This document shows positions 19,362 to 28,991 of a stretch of 64,000 bases of DNA, one piece after another. Numbering within the stretch: the stretch's first letter is position 1; every line of letters begins with the position of its first letter. Source of the stretch: Candidatus Kapaibacterium sp. (GTDB taxonomy: Bacteria > Bacteroidota > Ignavibacteria > Kapaibacteriales > UBA2268); NCBI GenBank assembly GCA_963665665.1, contig OY762428.1, positions 3,712,001 through 3,776,000 on the forward strand. The letters run 5' to 3'. Under the pieces are notes generated by a model. It worked only from the letters and a program-made list of their open reading frames with translations. It was not told where the DNA came from and ran no database searches. Made by a program: the position numbers and the translations under genes.

Positions 19362-19868
19362 TTAATTTTTGATAATGCCGCTATCAATAAAATCTCTGAG
19401 TAATGGTTTTATATCAATCCTGCTGGTGTCTGATGTGCCAGCCCGGCTTACCTGAACAAGCCCTATGCCCTTGCCTTGGGAAAATATCCTCAGAACAACA
19501 CCGAAACTTTCCGTGTAATACAAGGTCTGTACTGATTTGCCGATATTGTAATTCACCATGTAAAAAGTAATTTCTTCATTATTAAAACTCAAGCAGAAGC
19601 TGCTGTCAATTTTTAATTCCGGGAATATTTTTCCGTCATCTATGATTTGTTCAATTTTATCATTCAAATCATAGATGTCAGCATTGTGCTTGAAAAGAGT
19701 TGTTTTAGACTCCGCTCGGATCGTATCAGCAAAAATTCCGGAATAAAAAAAATCATTCTTTTCCAGGTCTATTCCCCTGATAAGAGACCAATGATTAATA
19801 ACGGCATTATATCCCGAACATGAAATAAAAATTACAGAGAATATTACTAATAAAGTGACTCTTTTCAT
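19362..19868 (-). CDS. Hypothetical lipoprotein
   Basis: MKRVTLLVIFSVIFISC lipobox-like signal; 10 nt downstream of glmM. Confidence 0.7.
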   Translation of the reverse strand: MKRVTLLVIFSVIFISCSGYNAVINHWSLIRGIDLEKNDFFYSGIFADTIRAESKTTLFKHNADIYDLNDKIEQIIDDGKIFPELKIDSSFCLSFNNEEITFYMVNYNIGKSVQTLYYTESFGVVLRIFSQGKGIGLVQVSRAGTSDTSRIDIKPLLRDFIDSGIIKN

Positions 19869-19878
19869 CTGTTTATTT

Positions 19879-21243
19879 TTATATATTTTTAACAATATCA
19901 ATTATCTTGGAAGCCAGAAGATTAGCCTCGTGTTCTGATTCTGCTTCGGCCATTATCCTTACAATTGGCTCTGTGTTGGAGGCCCTTAGCTGAACCCAGG
20001 ATTTTTCGAAACTAACTTTAACTCCGTCGTCTTTAACTACATTTCCTTCAGGAAGTGCATCAACAACCTGATCAATAAGTGGATTAATATCTCCGGAAAA
20101 CACCTGTTTTAACTTAATCATGGAATAATCCGTATAATCGGAAACGAGCCGGGAAACAGTCAAATCTTTGTCTGCCAATAAGGACAGGAGCAAAGCTGTT
20201 CCAACAAGAGAGTCCCTGCCATAGTGGCATTCCGGAAGGATAACACCTCCGCTACCCTCTCCGCCAATAACAGCGTCGCATTCTTTCATTTTCTTTACCA
20301 CGTTGATTTCGCCAACCGGAGATCGTTCAACTTTAGCCTTATATTTTGCTGCTACATCTTCAACAGCACGTGTAGTTGAATAATTTACACTAACTTTCAG
20401 GCCTGGTTTATTCATGAATCGAAGAACTGATTCTGTGGAAATCACTATTGTTCTTTCCTCGCCCACGGGGTTACCTTTTTCATCGATTATTACAAGCCGG
20501 TCAGCATCAGGATCAACCGCGATCCCAATATCAGCATTTTCTTTTTTCACGGCTTCGCAGAGCCCGTTCAGGTTTTGAGGCAATGGTTCCGGGGTGTGCG
20601 GGAATAATCCGCTACTGTCGCAGGCAAGCCTTATCACATCGCAGCCCAGTTTATCAAGAAGCATCGGAACTGCTTTCGAACCGGAAGCATTCACGGCATC
20701 CACAACAACTTTAAATTTCCTTGTTCTTATTCTGTCAAATATTCCTGAATCTTTCAGGAAAGGAATTTCAAGTATCCTGCCAACATGCCTTTGAACAGCG
20801 TTGTCATCATTTATAATATTTATCTTACTGCGAAATCCTGTTTCCTCGAAGTAAGAATTATCAACGATATCCCAGAAGTCACTGTTTTCCTTAGCATCAA
20901 GAAAAACCCCGCTCTTATTAAGAAACTTCAACCCGTTCCATTGTTCCGGATTGTGTGAGGCAGTTATTGCTATCCCACCGGCAGCATTGCTGTGCTCTAC
21001 TTCCAGTTGTACAGTGGGGGTTGGCACAATACCAATCATTTTTACTTCGCGTCCTGCAGCTGCTAAAGCTCCGGCAACAATTAATTCAATCCATTTGCCT
21101 GACGGGCGTCCGTCTCTGCCGACAATGATTGGCCCTTCAGGGCAGAATTTGGCAAAACCAAGAGCGTAATTGCTAATCATCGATGCATTCATACTATCGC
21201 CGAGCGTGGCTCTAAGGCCTGATATAGATCTAATAAACGGCAT
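19879..21243 (-). CDS. glmM: Phosphoglucosamine mutase (alpha-D-phosphohexomutase)
   Basis: SISGLR, ITASHNP phosphoserine motif, DPDADR, GGEGSGG, RASNTEP. Confidence 0.88.
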   Translation of the reverse strand: MPFIRSISGLRATLGDSMNASMISNYALGFAKFCPEGPIIVGRDGRPSGKWIELIVAGALAAAGREVKMIGIVPTPTVQLEVEHSNAAGGIAITASHNPEQWNGLKFLNKSGVFLDAKENSDFWDIVDNSYFEETGFRSKINIINDDNAVQRHVGRILEIPFLKDSGIFDRIRTRKFKVVVDAVNASGSKAVPMLLDKLGCDVIRLACDSSGLFPHTPEPLPQNLNGLCEAVKKENADIGIAVDPDADRLVIIDEKGNPVGEERTIVISTESVLRFMNKPGLKVSVNYSTTRAVEDVAAKYKAKVERSPVGEINVVKKMKECDAVIGGEGSGGVILPECHYGRDSLVGTALLLSLLADKDLTVSRLVSDYTDYSMIKLKQVFSGDINPLIDQVVDALPEGNVVKDDGVKVSFEKSWVQLRASNTEPIVRIMAEAESEHEANLLASKIIDIVKNI

Positions 21244-21584
21244 ACTAAAATTTTTCCAGTTTTAATAATTACTAAAATTATTTAAGATAAATTTTTTATT
21301 AAATTATCTGTTCAATCCGAATGCCTGTTTAAAAATTTCAGCAAATTAATTGAAAATTGTATTGATAAATTACTATTTAAAATCAACACGATATAATCCA
21401 ATAATCAATTTATTTATTCGAAATTATAAAAAAATTGAGACTAAATTAAACTTTTAGTGTTCTTATTTCTGTGAAAAGAAAATTTTTTTAAATTCATTAC
21501 TTGCAAATAAGGCTTAACTTTATGATTTTTGTTGTTCGTCGAATGTGTTAAAAATTTATGTTATTATAATTATCAGGAATTATT

Positions 21585-23636
21585 ATGAGTTTCATGTCAA
21601 AAAGTAAGAAGATTTGCAGAATAGGGTTTTCTCTTAGCCTGCTAATTACTTTATTTATTTCCAATTCATTGTTTTCTGCCGCTCCCGACCCGGGTGCAGT
21701 TCTGGTAACAGTTGGTAAAGAAAAAATTACATATTCTGATATCGAGAAAGCATGGATGAAGAATATGAACCGCAATAATAAAGAATTGTGGGAACTTCAC
21801 CCCGACAGCGCAAAATCTTTTCTGGAACTATATGTGAACTACCGCCTGAAAGTAAATGACGCTATTGACCGCGGTTTCGACAAAGATTCGTCAGTTATAG
21901 CTGATATTGAAAACAACAGAAGGATCCTTGCCGAATCATATTATTTCGATAAGGAACTTGTGGACCCGAATGTTGAAAAAATTCTGAAAAAACGGGAATC
22001 GGAAATGAAAATCGCTGTTATCCTGCTTGCATTCGATAACAGCAAACCAATACCTGATACTGTCGAAGCCTTTAAAAAAGCGACCGAAGCAATGAACAGA
22101 ATCAAAAAAGGCGAGGATTTTGGAAAAATTGCCAAGGACCTTTCTGATGATAAAGAAACTGCCAAACGCGACGGCGTTGTACCCGGCTGGATTACTGCCG
22201 GAAGGGTACAAAGGCCAATAGAAGATGCAATTTACGGTATAGATAAAATTGGCGGAATAACCCCTGAATTGGTAAGGGCAAAATTCGGATATTTCATTAT
22301 CAAGCTTCTGGACAGGAAAAAAACTGAATTTGTAAGGGGAAAACACATCCTGATCAGCGGTGGCAAAAAGAATGAAAAAATTGATGCCAGGGCAAAAGCC
22401 GACAGCATACTTAAATTATTGAAGAACGGCGCTGATTTTGCCGAGCTGGCAGAAGCTAATTCCGACGATCCCGGAAGTGCTATGCGCGGCGGTGATATTG
22501 GAGCATGGTATTCACGGTCATTTGGCCTGCAGGGTACGGGCAGAAGCCTTATGCCGGAATTCGAAGAAGGGCTCTATTCTTTGAAAGACGGTGAAATTTC
22601 CGGGCTCGTGAAAACTGATTATGGCTATCACATTATTATGAGGGATTCAACTAAGAAGTATGATCCTAAGCAGGAAAGTTCCGAAGCAAAGAAACTCTAT
22701 AAGAAACTCTATTTTGAAAATGATAAAAAAGAATTAAAAATAAAACTGAAAAAGGATTGTGGCTTTAAATACGTCGAAAATGTATATAATGCCTTCTTCG
22801 GCTTCCTGGATACAACAAAAACCACTCTTGATTCGGCATGGGATGCTAAACTCCCGGAAACCATAATGGATAAACCGCTTTTCCGATTCCTTGATAAGGA
22901 ATATTCAGTTGCCGAATTTGTTGATATGCTTGAAAATAAAATTGAATTGCGCGGAACATCTACAAACCGAAAAGGAATAGACCGGGCCGTTGATAAAATT
23001 ATCGAACCGATAATGATGCAGGAAGCAACTAAGAACCTGGAAAAAGATTATCCTGATTTCGCTGCCCTGATGCGGGAGTTCCGTGATGGTATCCTCCTTT
23101 TCAAAGTGGAAGCTATTGAAGTATGGGACAACCTGAAGTTTGATTCCACTCTTGCTAAAGAATATTATGAACAGAGAAAAGAAGATTATCAAACTTCTCC
23201 TGCTTACGATCTGGCTGAAATTTTCGTTATGAAAGATTCGCTTGCCCGGGATATATATGAAAAGGCTAAATCAGGTGAAGATTTCTCAGCACTTGCTGAA
23301 ACTCACACTCAGCGAGGCGGATACAGGGAGAAAAAAGGCGAACGAGGAGTACTTTCCATTGAAAAAAGCGACCTGGCAAAAGCAGCTTTTGAAAATAAAG
23401 CAAAAGCCGGCGACATAATAGCCCCAATTAAGAATGGCCGTGGATACTCAGTAATTAAAGTAAATAAATTCCTTGACTCCAGGCAAAAAACATTCGAAGA
23501 AGCTATTCCCGATTTTGCTCCCGATTTCCAGGATATGATGCAGAAAAGACTTACCCAAAAATGGCTAAAAAAAGTTAAGGAGAAACATGCTGTTGAAATC
23601 AACAGAGAAAATTTTAAGAAAATTTTTAAAAACTGA
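21585..23636 (+). CDS. SurA/PpiD-like parvulin peptidyl-prolyl isomerase
   Basis: Signal peptide and three rotamase domains (GEDFGKIAKDLSDD, HIL..GADFAELAEANSDDPGS, GYHII). Confidence 0.9.
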   Translation: MSFMSKSKKICRIGFSLSLLITLFISNSLFSAAPDPGAVLVTVGKEKITYSDIEKAWMKNMNRNNKELWELHPDSAKSFLELYVNYRLKVNDAIDRGFDKDSSVIADIENNRRILAESYYFDKELVDPNVEKILKKRESEMKIAVILLAFDNSKPIPDTVEAFKKATEAMNRIKKGEDFGKIAKDLSDDKETAKRDGVVPGWITAGRVQRPIEDAIYGIDKIGGITPELVRAKFGYFIIKLLDRKKTEFVRGKHILISGGKKNEKIDARAKADSILKLLKNGADFAELAEANSDDPGSAMRGGDIGAWYSRSFGLQGTGRSLMPEFEEGLYSLKDGEISGLVKTDYGYHIIMRDSTKKYDPKQESSEAKKLYKKLYFENDKKELKIKLKKDCGFKYVENVYNAFFGFLDTTKTTLDSAWDAKLPETIMDKPLFRFLDKEYSVAEFVDMLENKIELRGTSTNRKGIDRAVDKIIEPIMMQEATKNLEKDYPDFAALMREFRDGILLFKVEAIEVWDNLKFDSTLAKEYYEQRKEDYQTSPAYDLAEIFVMKDSLARDIYEKAKSGEDFSALAETHTQRGGYREKKGERGVLSIEKSDLAKAAFENKAKAGDIIAPIKNGRGYSVIKVNKFLDSRQKTFEEAIPDFAPDFQDMMQKRLTQKWLKKVKEKHAVEINRENFKKIFKN

Positions 23637-23657
23637 TCTGCATTGAAAATTTGTTAT

Positions 23658-23697
23658 AAATCCGTCCCCGTTTGTCAGGGGATGGATTTCTTTTTTT
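23658..23697 (+). terminator. Intrinsic terminator
   Basis: AAATCCGTCCCC..GGGGATGGATTT stem followed by a T-run. Confidence 0.75.
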
Positions 23698-23784
23698 ATG
23701 AAAAACAAAATCGTTTGACTTGAAAAAAAATTTTCATAATTTGAATTATTCCCCTGGCAAAGTTGTCGGGTGATATATAAAATA

Positions 23785-23903
23785 TAATTTCTTCGGGGCA
23801 GGGCGAAATTCCCTACCGGCGGTAATAGTCCGCGACTCCCGAAAGGGACTGATCCGGTGAAATTCCGGAACCGACAGTCAAAGTCTGGATGGTAGAAGAT
23901 AAT
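23785..23903 (+). ncRNA. FMN riboswitch (RFN element)
   Basis: CTTCGGGGCAGGGCGAAATTCCCTACCGGCGGTAA..AGTCCGCGA..GATCCGGTGAAATTCCGGAACCGACAGT..AAAGTCTGGATGG.AGAAG consensus, upstream of ribB. Confidence 0.97.
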
Positions 23904-23970
23904 ACCTTGCATGTACCAAATCAATGGTTCATGCCCTGTCCCGGTTTAATGCATAATGATCGAGGCAGAA

Positions 23971-24606
23971 ATGGAAACAATCAGAAAATTCGGAAAAAAC
24001 TACAACGAAAGAATTAACAATGCGGCTGATGCTTTACGCCATGGTCGTGGTATTTTGCTTGTTGATGATGAAGACAGAGAAAACGAGGGAGATATAATAT
24101 TCCCTGCTAAAACAATGACAGACAAAGATATGGCACTTATGATAAGAGAATGCAGCGGTATTGTATGCCTATGCCTTACTCCCGAAAAGACTCAAAAACT
24201 GGGCCTTCGTCCAATGGTCGAGAACAACAATTGCAAGAATCAAACAGCATTTACAATCTCCATCGAGGCTAAAGAAGGGGTAACAACGGGAGTATCTGCT
24301 GCCGACAGAATAAAAACTATTCATACTGCTGTTTCCGATAGAGCAGTGCCTGAAGACCTGGTACACCCCGGGCATGTATTCCCATTAACTGCAAAGAAAG
24401 GCGGAGCATTGGAAAGACGCGGGCATACTGAAGGCAGCATAGACCTGGTTAAAATTGCCGGACTTGGAGACAGCGCTGTTCTTTGCGAACTGACAAATCC
24501 CGACGGAACAATGGCACGGATGCAGCAAATAATTGATTTTGCAGATTTGCATGAAATGCCGGTAGTTACGATCGAGGATATTTGCCGGTTCAGGATGGAG
24601 AACTGA
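23971..24606 (+). CDS. ribB: 3,4-dihydroxy-2-butanone-4-phosphate synthase
   Basis: [33 protein letters not shown]; start after GAGG (alternative 23956). Confidence 0.96.
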   Translation: METIRKFGKNYNERINNAADALRHGRGILLVDDEDRENEGDIIFPAKTMTDKDMALMIRECSGIVCLCLTPEKTQKLGLRPMVENNNCKNQTAFTISIEAKEGVTTGVSAADRIKTIHTAVSDRAVPEDLVHPGHVFPLTAKKGGALERRGHTEGSIDLVKIAGLGDSAVLCELTNPDGTMARMQQIIDFADLHEMPVVTIEDICRFRMEN

Positions 24607-25030
24607 TTGGTTTTTAAGGTTTAACTTTCAGCTTCTAATATTTTTGCATAGTTTTCAATAGATAATTATTAATGTAAATGCAATCTATCCCGGATATATG
24701 TTCGGGATAGAACATATCTTAACCAATAATTACTTCAATTGCCGGTTTGTTGACTCAAAATATAATCTGCTATAATATTGCAGATTCGGTATTTTCTGCA
24801 AAGCTCTGTATTGCAATTATATTCCGGCTCTGGCCAGGGCTTGCGGTTTGGTTAAATATTTGTGATCAATATCACCCAATACTCGCCTGAGAATTACCAT
24901 CTGATTTTGGCGGATATAATGATATATACCGCAGTAAATTTGTTAAAAAATTAAAATTTTGACTTATATTCGTTTTTTTATTATTTTTTGAATTATGGAA
25001 ACTCAAAAAACAAAAATAGTTTACTAAAAT

Positions 25031-25603
25031 ATGAATGATAAAGAGTATAACCGGAAAAAAAAGAAAATACTTAATGCTTCCCGGGAGTTGATAAGAATGC
25101 GTGGCGTAAAGGGATGGAATATGGATAATATAGCTGCTGTATGCGGGATGTCCAAAAAAACAATGTATAAAATCATTATGAATAAGGAAAATATGATAAC
25201 TGAGCTTTATGCCCGTGAGGTTATGGATAATTTAAAAAATATCAGGCGTATTATCGAGAATGAAAATGATAAACGCAAAGCATTGGAAAGAATAGCAGAA
25301 GAGATTCCCGCCAATATCGGAGCTTTCGTTTACAAATATGCCAATGAAATGAGCATGGAATTTCCGAATGTAAATAAGAATGTGAATGAATACCTTGAAG
25401 AAGAGAGAAAAGCGCTTATTAATTTCTTCGCCGAATGCTATGGAGAGAAAATTTTCAAAGAGGACTTCCCGCCGGATTTTATAGTGGATCTGACAAAAAA
25501 AATTATTGACACCTATGCTTATAAAGAATACTCAGAATCTGAATTTGTTCGCAAATGTTCTTTGGCTTTGAAGGCAGTATTCTTTGGAATTGTGAAAGAT
25601 TGA
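25031..25603 (+). CDS. TetR/AcrR family transcriptional regulator
   Basis: N-terminal HTH GVKGWNMDNIAAVCGMSKKTMYK..NKE. Confidence 0.88.
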   Translation: MNDKEYNRKKKKILNASRELIRMRGVKGWNMDNIAAVCGMSKKTMYKIIMNKENMITELYAREVMDNLKNIRRIIENENDKRKALERIAEEIPANIGAFVYKYANEMSMEFPNVNKNVNEYLEEERKALINFFAECYGEKIFKEDFPPDFIVDLTKKIIDTYAYKEYSESEFVRKCSLALKAVFFGIVKD

Positions 25604-25700
25604 TTTTATCTTGCAGAAGATTTACACGATGGATTAGGAAAAAGGTTTACGAGCCGCTGTTCGGTAAGGTTATTTATGTTTAATTCGGGAATTATGATAA

Positions 25701-26939
25701 ATGAAAAAACCGCCTATTGATTTGAATACTCTTTACAGGCTGCCATGGACTTTGCCTGACAATGCGATATCATGGCTTGAGCCAACTGCTGCCTGCAACC
25801 TGCATTGCGACGGCTGTTACAGGAAAAATATAAAAGATTCTCACAAGTCCATGGACGAGGTAAAGCAAGAACTTGATGTTTTCCAGACTTACAGAAACAC
25901 AGACTGTATCTCCATTGCCGGGGGCGATCCCCTGCTTTATCCTGATATTATTGAACTTGTTGCTGAAATAAAAAGAAGGGGAATTAAGCCCATAGTTAAT
26001 ACTAACGGTATTGCCCTGACAAAAGAATTATTACACGACCTGAAGAAAGCCGGCGTTTTCGGATTTACTTTCCACGTGGACAGCAAGCAGGGCCGCAAAG
26101 GCGAATGGGCCGGCAAAAATGAACTTGAACTGAATGAACTGCGTTATTATTATGCAAAGATGCTGGCCGACGAAGGCGGTATCTCTTGTTCTTTCAATTC
26201 CACTGTTTACAGCGATACATTGCAATATGTCCCCAAAATGGCTGAATGGGCAAGAAATAATATTGATATTGTAAATACAATGGTATTTATAATGTATCGC
26301 TATATCGTTCCTGGGCTTCCTTTTGACTGGTATGTAAACGGTAAGCAGATAGACTGGAAAGATGTAATGTACAGCTCGGAAGAACCGAGGGATATCAGCG
26401 TTACTGCTCCTATAATGCTTGACCTGATCAGGAAAACAGAACCGGAGTTCAGCCCTGCGGCATACCTGAACGGAACAGGAAAATCAGATTCATACAAATG
26501 GCTTCTAACCGAAAGAATCGGTACAAAGGAAAGAACATTCGGCTATATGGGTAAAAAATTCATTGAACTTGTAATGTCCTGGAATCATTTTGTTAATGGT
26601 ACTTACCTGTCCTATGGATCGCCTGCAACTTTCGGAATGGGACGTTCAACATTGTTTTTCTTATGGCCTTTCGATAAAAAGCTGAGGAAATCAGTTGGCA
26701 AATATTTTAAATATCTATTGGCAAATCCATTCAGGATATTTAAAAAAGTACACATGCAATCTATACTTTTTATACAGCCTATTGATATTCTTGAAAATGG
26801 CCAACAGGTAATGTGCGACGGCTGTCCGGATATAACCGTTCACAAGGGCGAGCTTGTTTGGTCCTGCCGATTGGAAGAACCACTACAGCTCGGTGGTTTC
26901 CTGGTAACAATGCCGAAACAGGATAAAAATCAGAAATAG
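25701..26939 (+). CDS. Radical SAM protein of unknown function
   Basis: CNLHCDGC (CxxxCxxC), IAGGDPL, NTNG, C-terminal CDGC..SC cysteines. Confidence 0.9.
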   Translation: MKKPPIDLNTLYRLPWTLPDNAISWLEPTAACNLHCDGCYRKNIKDSHKSMDEVKQELDVFQTYRNTDCISIAGGDPLLYPDIIELVAEIKRRGIKPIVNTNGIALTKELLHDLKKAGVFGFTFHVDSKQGRKGEWAGKNELELNELRYYYAKMLADEGGISCSFNSTVYSDTLQYVPKMAEWARNNIDIVNTMVFIMYRYIVPGLPFDWYVNGKQIDWKDVMYSSEEPRDISVTAPIMLDLIRKTEPEFSPAAYLNGTGKSDSYKWLLTERIGTKERTFGYMGKKFIELVMSWNHFVNGTYLSYGSPATFGMGRSTLFFLWPFDKKLRKSVGKYFKYLLANPFRIFKKVHMQSILFIQPIDILENGQQVMCDGCPDITVHKGELVWSCRLEEPLQLGGFLVTMPKQDKNQK

Positions 26940-27092
26940 TAATAGGTCCGGATAATAAATGAATTTGAAATGGTTTGGGGAAGTATTAATCATGCTTCCC
27001 CTTATCGAATAAAATCGAAAAGAAAGATCCACAGAATATTCAAATATTTGTAAATTAATTGAATCATATTCGAAATAAAAACTGGAAATATT

Positions 27093-27887
27093 ATGAAACT
27101 GTCAGTTGTGCAATTTGCTCCCGTATTGTGGGATAAAAAAGTAAATACTCAAAAAATTATTGACTTTATTGACAAAATTGATTCTGATATTATAATCTTT
27201 CCTGAGTTGGCTACCACAGGATACTTCTTTGAATCAAAAGAGGAAACTGCCCCTCTTGCCGATGAGATGGGCCAGGGGGATATCGCTGTTTTTCAGCAGA
27301 TGGCAACAGATCAGGATAAAATCATCGTGGTTGGGTTTATTGAAAAAGCCGGAATAAAAATATTTAATTCTGCTGCACTGCTCTTTCCTGATTCAGATTT
27401 AAGTGCATGCTACAGGAAGACACATCTATTCTATAAAGAAAGGTTTTGCTTCGATGAGGGCGATACAGGATACTTTGTTGTCCGGGATGAGAATAGGGAT
27501 ATAAATATCGGTACCATGATCTGTTACGACTGGCGATTTCCCGAGGCTGCAAGATCGCTCGGTATTGCGGGGGCCGACCTGATTGTCTGCCCTTCAAATC
27601 TTGTTACCGATGTTTGGCACATTGCAATGCCTGCACGAGCGTTGGAGAATAAAGTTTACCTTGCTGTTGCGAACAGGTTCGGAACTGAAATCAGGAATGA
27701 GGAATCTCTTTTGTTTCTTGGCAGATCTGCAATTCATAAGTATAACGGGAGCTTAATGGAGCAGGCCCCGGCAGATAAAGAAACAGTAATAACAACTGAG
27801 ATAAGTCCCGCTGAAACAAGGAATAAATCCTTTAACGAATTTAACGATATATTCAAAGATCGCAGGCCGGAGCTATATATCAGGTAA
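27093..27887 (+). CDS. Carbon-nitrogen hydrolase (nitrilase superfamily)
   Basis: E-K-C triad in FPEL, YRKTHL and ICYDWRFPE; RRPELY C-terminus. Confidence 0.92.
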   Translation: MKLSVVQFAPVLWDKKVNTQKIIDFIDKIDSDIIIFPELATTGYFFESKEETAPLADEMGQGDIAVFQQMATDQDKIIVVGFIEKAGIKIFNSAALLFPDSDLSACYRKTHLFYKERFCFDEGDTGYFVVRDENRDINIGTMICYDWRFPEAARSLGIAGADLIVCPSNLVTDVWHIAMPARALENKVYLAVANRFGTEIRNEESLLFLGRSAIHKYNGSLMEQAPADKETVITTEISPAETRNKSFNEFNDIFKDRRPELYIR

Positions 27888-27993
27888 CTTGTAAATATTA
27901 ACTGACATCATATACCTTTTTTAATCATTGTTTTTTTCCTGCTACTATTTCCGGAAATACAGAATATTTGGTAAACAATATCATATATCTTTT

Positions 27994-28752
27994 TTACTTG
28001 TAATTAGCTGCTACCAGCTTATCAAACATTTTCTCGCTCAGTATCTGGTGGGTCAGGAATTTACCATCCAGGAAAAGGCTGAATATCGTGAAAGGAACAA
28101 CATGCTTCTGTGCCTGCTCCATTGTGTCTATCTTGATTATTTTCAAATTAAAATTTCTTTCATCACATACCCTTGCGAGTTCGGTTTTCACATAGTATTC
28201 GGTAAAAGGGCACGCATTGCTGTAATATGCAGTAAAACCATTTTTATTATCACATTCAGCATCTCTAACACTATCTCTGAATTTTGGTTCAGGAGCTTTG
28301 GAATTAAATTTTCTGCACCAGAGTTCGAAATATGGCGGAGCGCTGTCGCAAAGTTCAAATCCCATTTTTTCAAAGAATTTCTTATCAGAAAGGAAAGGCA
28401 TTTTCTTTTTGCCGGTAATTACTACGATCCCATTTTTTGATTTTGAATCATTCTCGCATAATTCATATAATTGCCTTCCATAACCGCTTTTCTTGTACTT
28501 GCCGGATACCCAAAAGCAATTTATCATAATATATCCCTTAGCATCAACAGGATTCCAGGCAAATTCAGCGGGACAATATTCCATAAAAACTTTACCCCTT
28601 GCATCAAGTTTCCTGAAAATATATCCCTCTTTGAATCTTTCACTAAGCCAATGTTTCTTTGCTGCGTATCCTTCCGAGCATTTTTTATCCGAAAAAGCGC
28701 AGCAGATGTGTTCATCAGCAATGTTATCTTTATTTAAAACTACAAAATCCAT
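27994..28752 (-). CDS. GNAT N-acetyltransferase with YoaP-like C-terminal domain
   Basis: EHICCA, INCFWVSGKYKKSGYG, CPFT, FSLFLDGKFLTH. Confidence 0.85.
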   Translation of the reverse strand: MDFVVLNKDNIADEHICCAFSDKKCSEGYAAKKHWLSERFKEGYIFRKLDARGKVFMEYCPAEFAWNPVDAKGYIMINCFWVSGKYKKSGYGRQLYELCENDSKSKNGIVVITGKKKMPFLSDKKFFEKMGFELCDSAPPYFELWCRKFNSKAPEPKFRDSVRDAECDNKNGFTAYYSNACPFTEYYVKTELARVCDERNFNLKIIKIDTMEQAQKHVVPFTIFSLFLDGKFLTHQILSEKMFDKLVAANYK

Positions 28753-28991
28753 GGAATTAAACGTTAATTATTAAACACAATTGATGGTAAATATAAGCAA
28801 TAATTATTACATCATTCCAAAAAGAATTTTATGGAAAGTGTTGACTTTTTTGTGTAAGAATTTGAAAATTGATTCTATACAAATCTTGATCGATATTTTT
28901 GGAAAAACTATTATCTTTGCAACTTAATTGCTAAATTTATAAAAAGGCTTTTATGCCATACTGTTTGTTCCATATAAGGCTATTATAAAAA

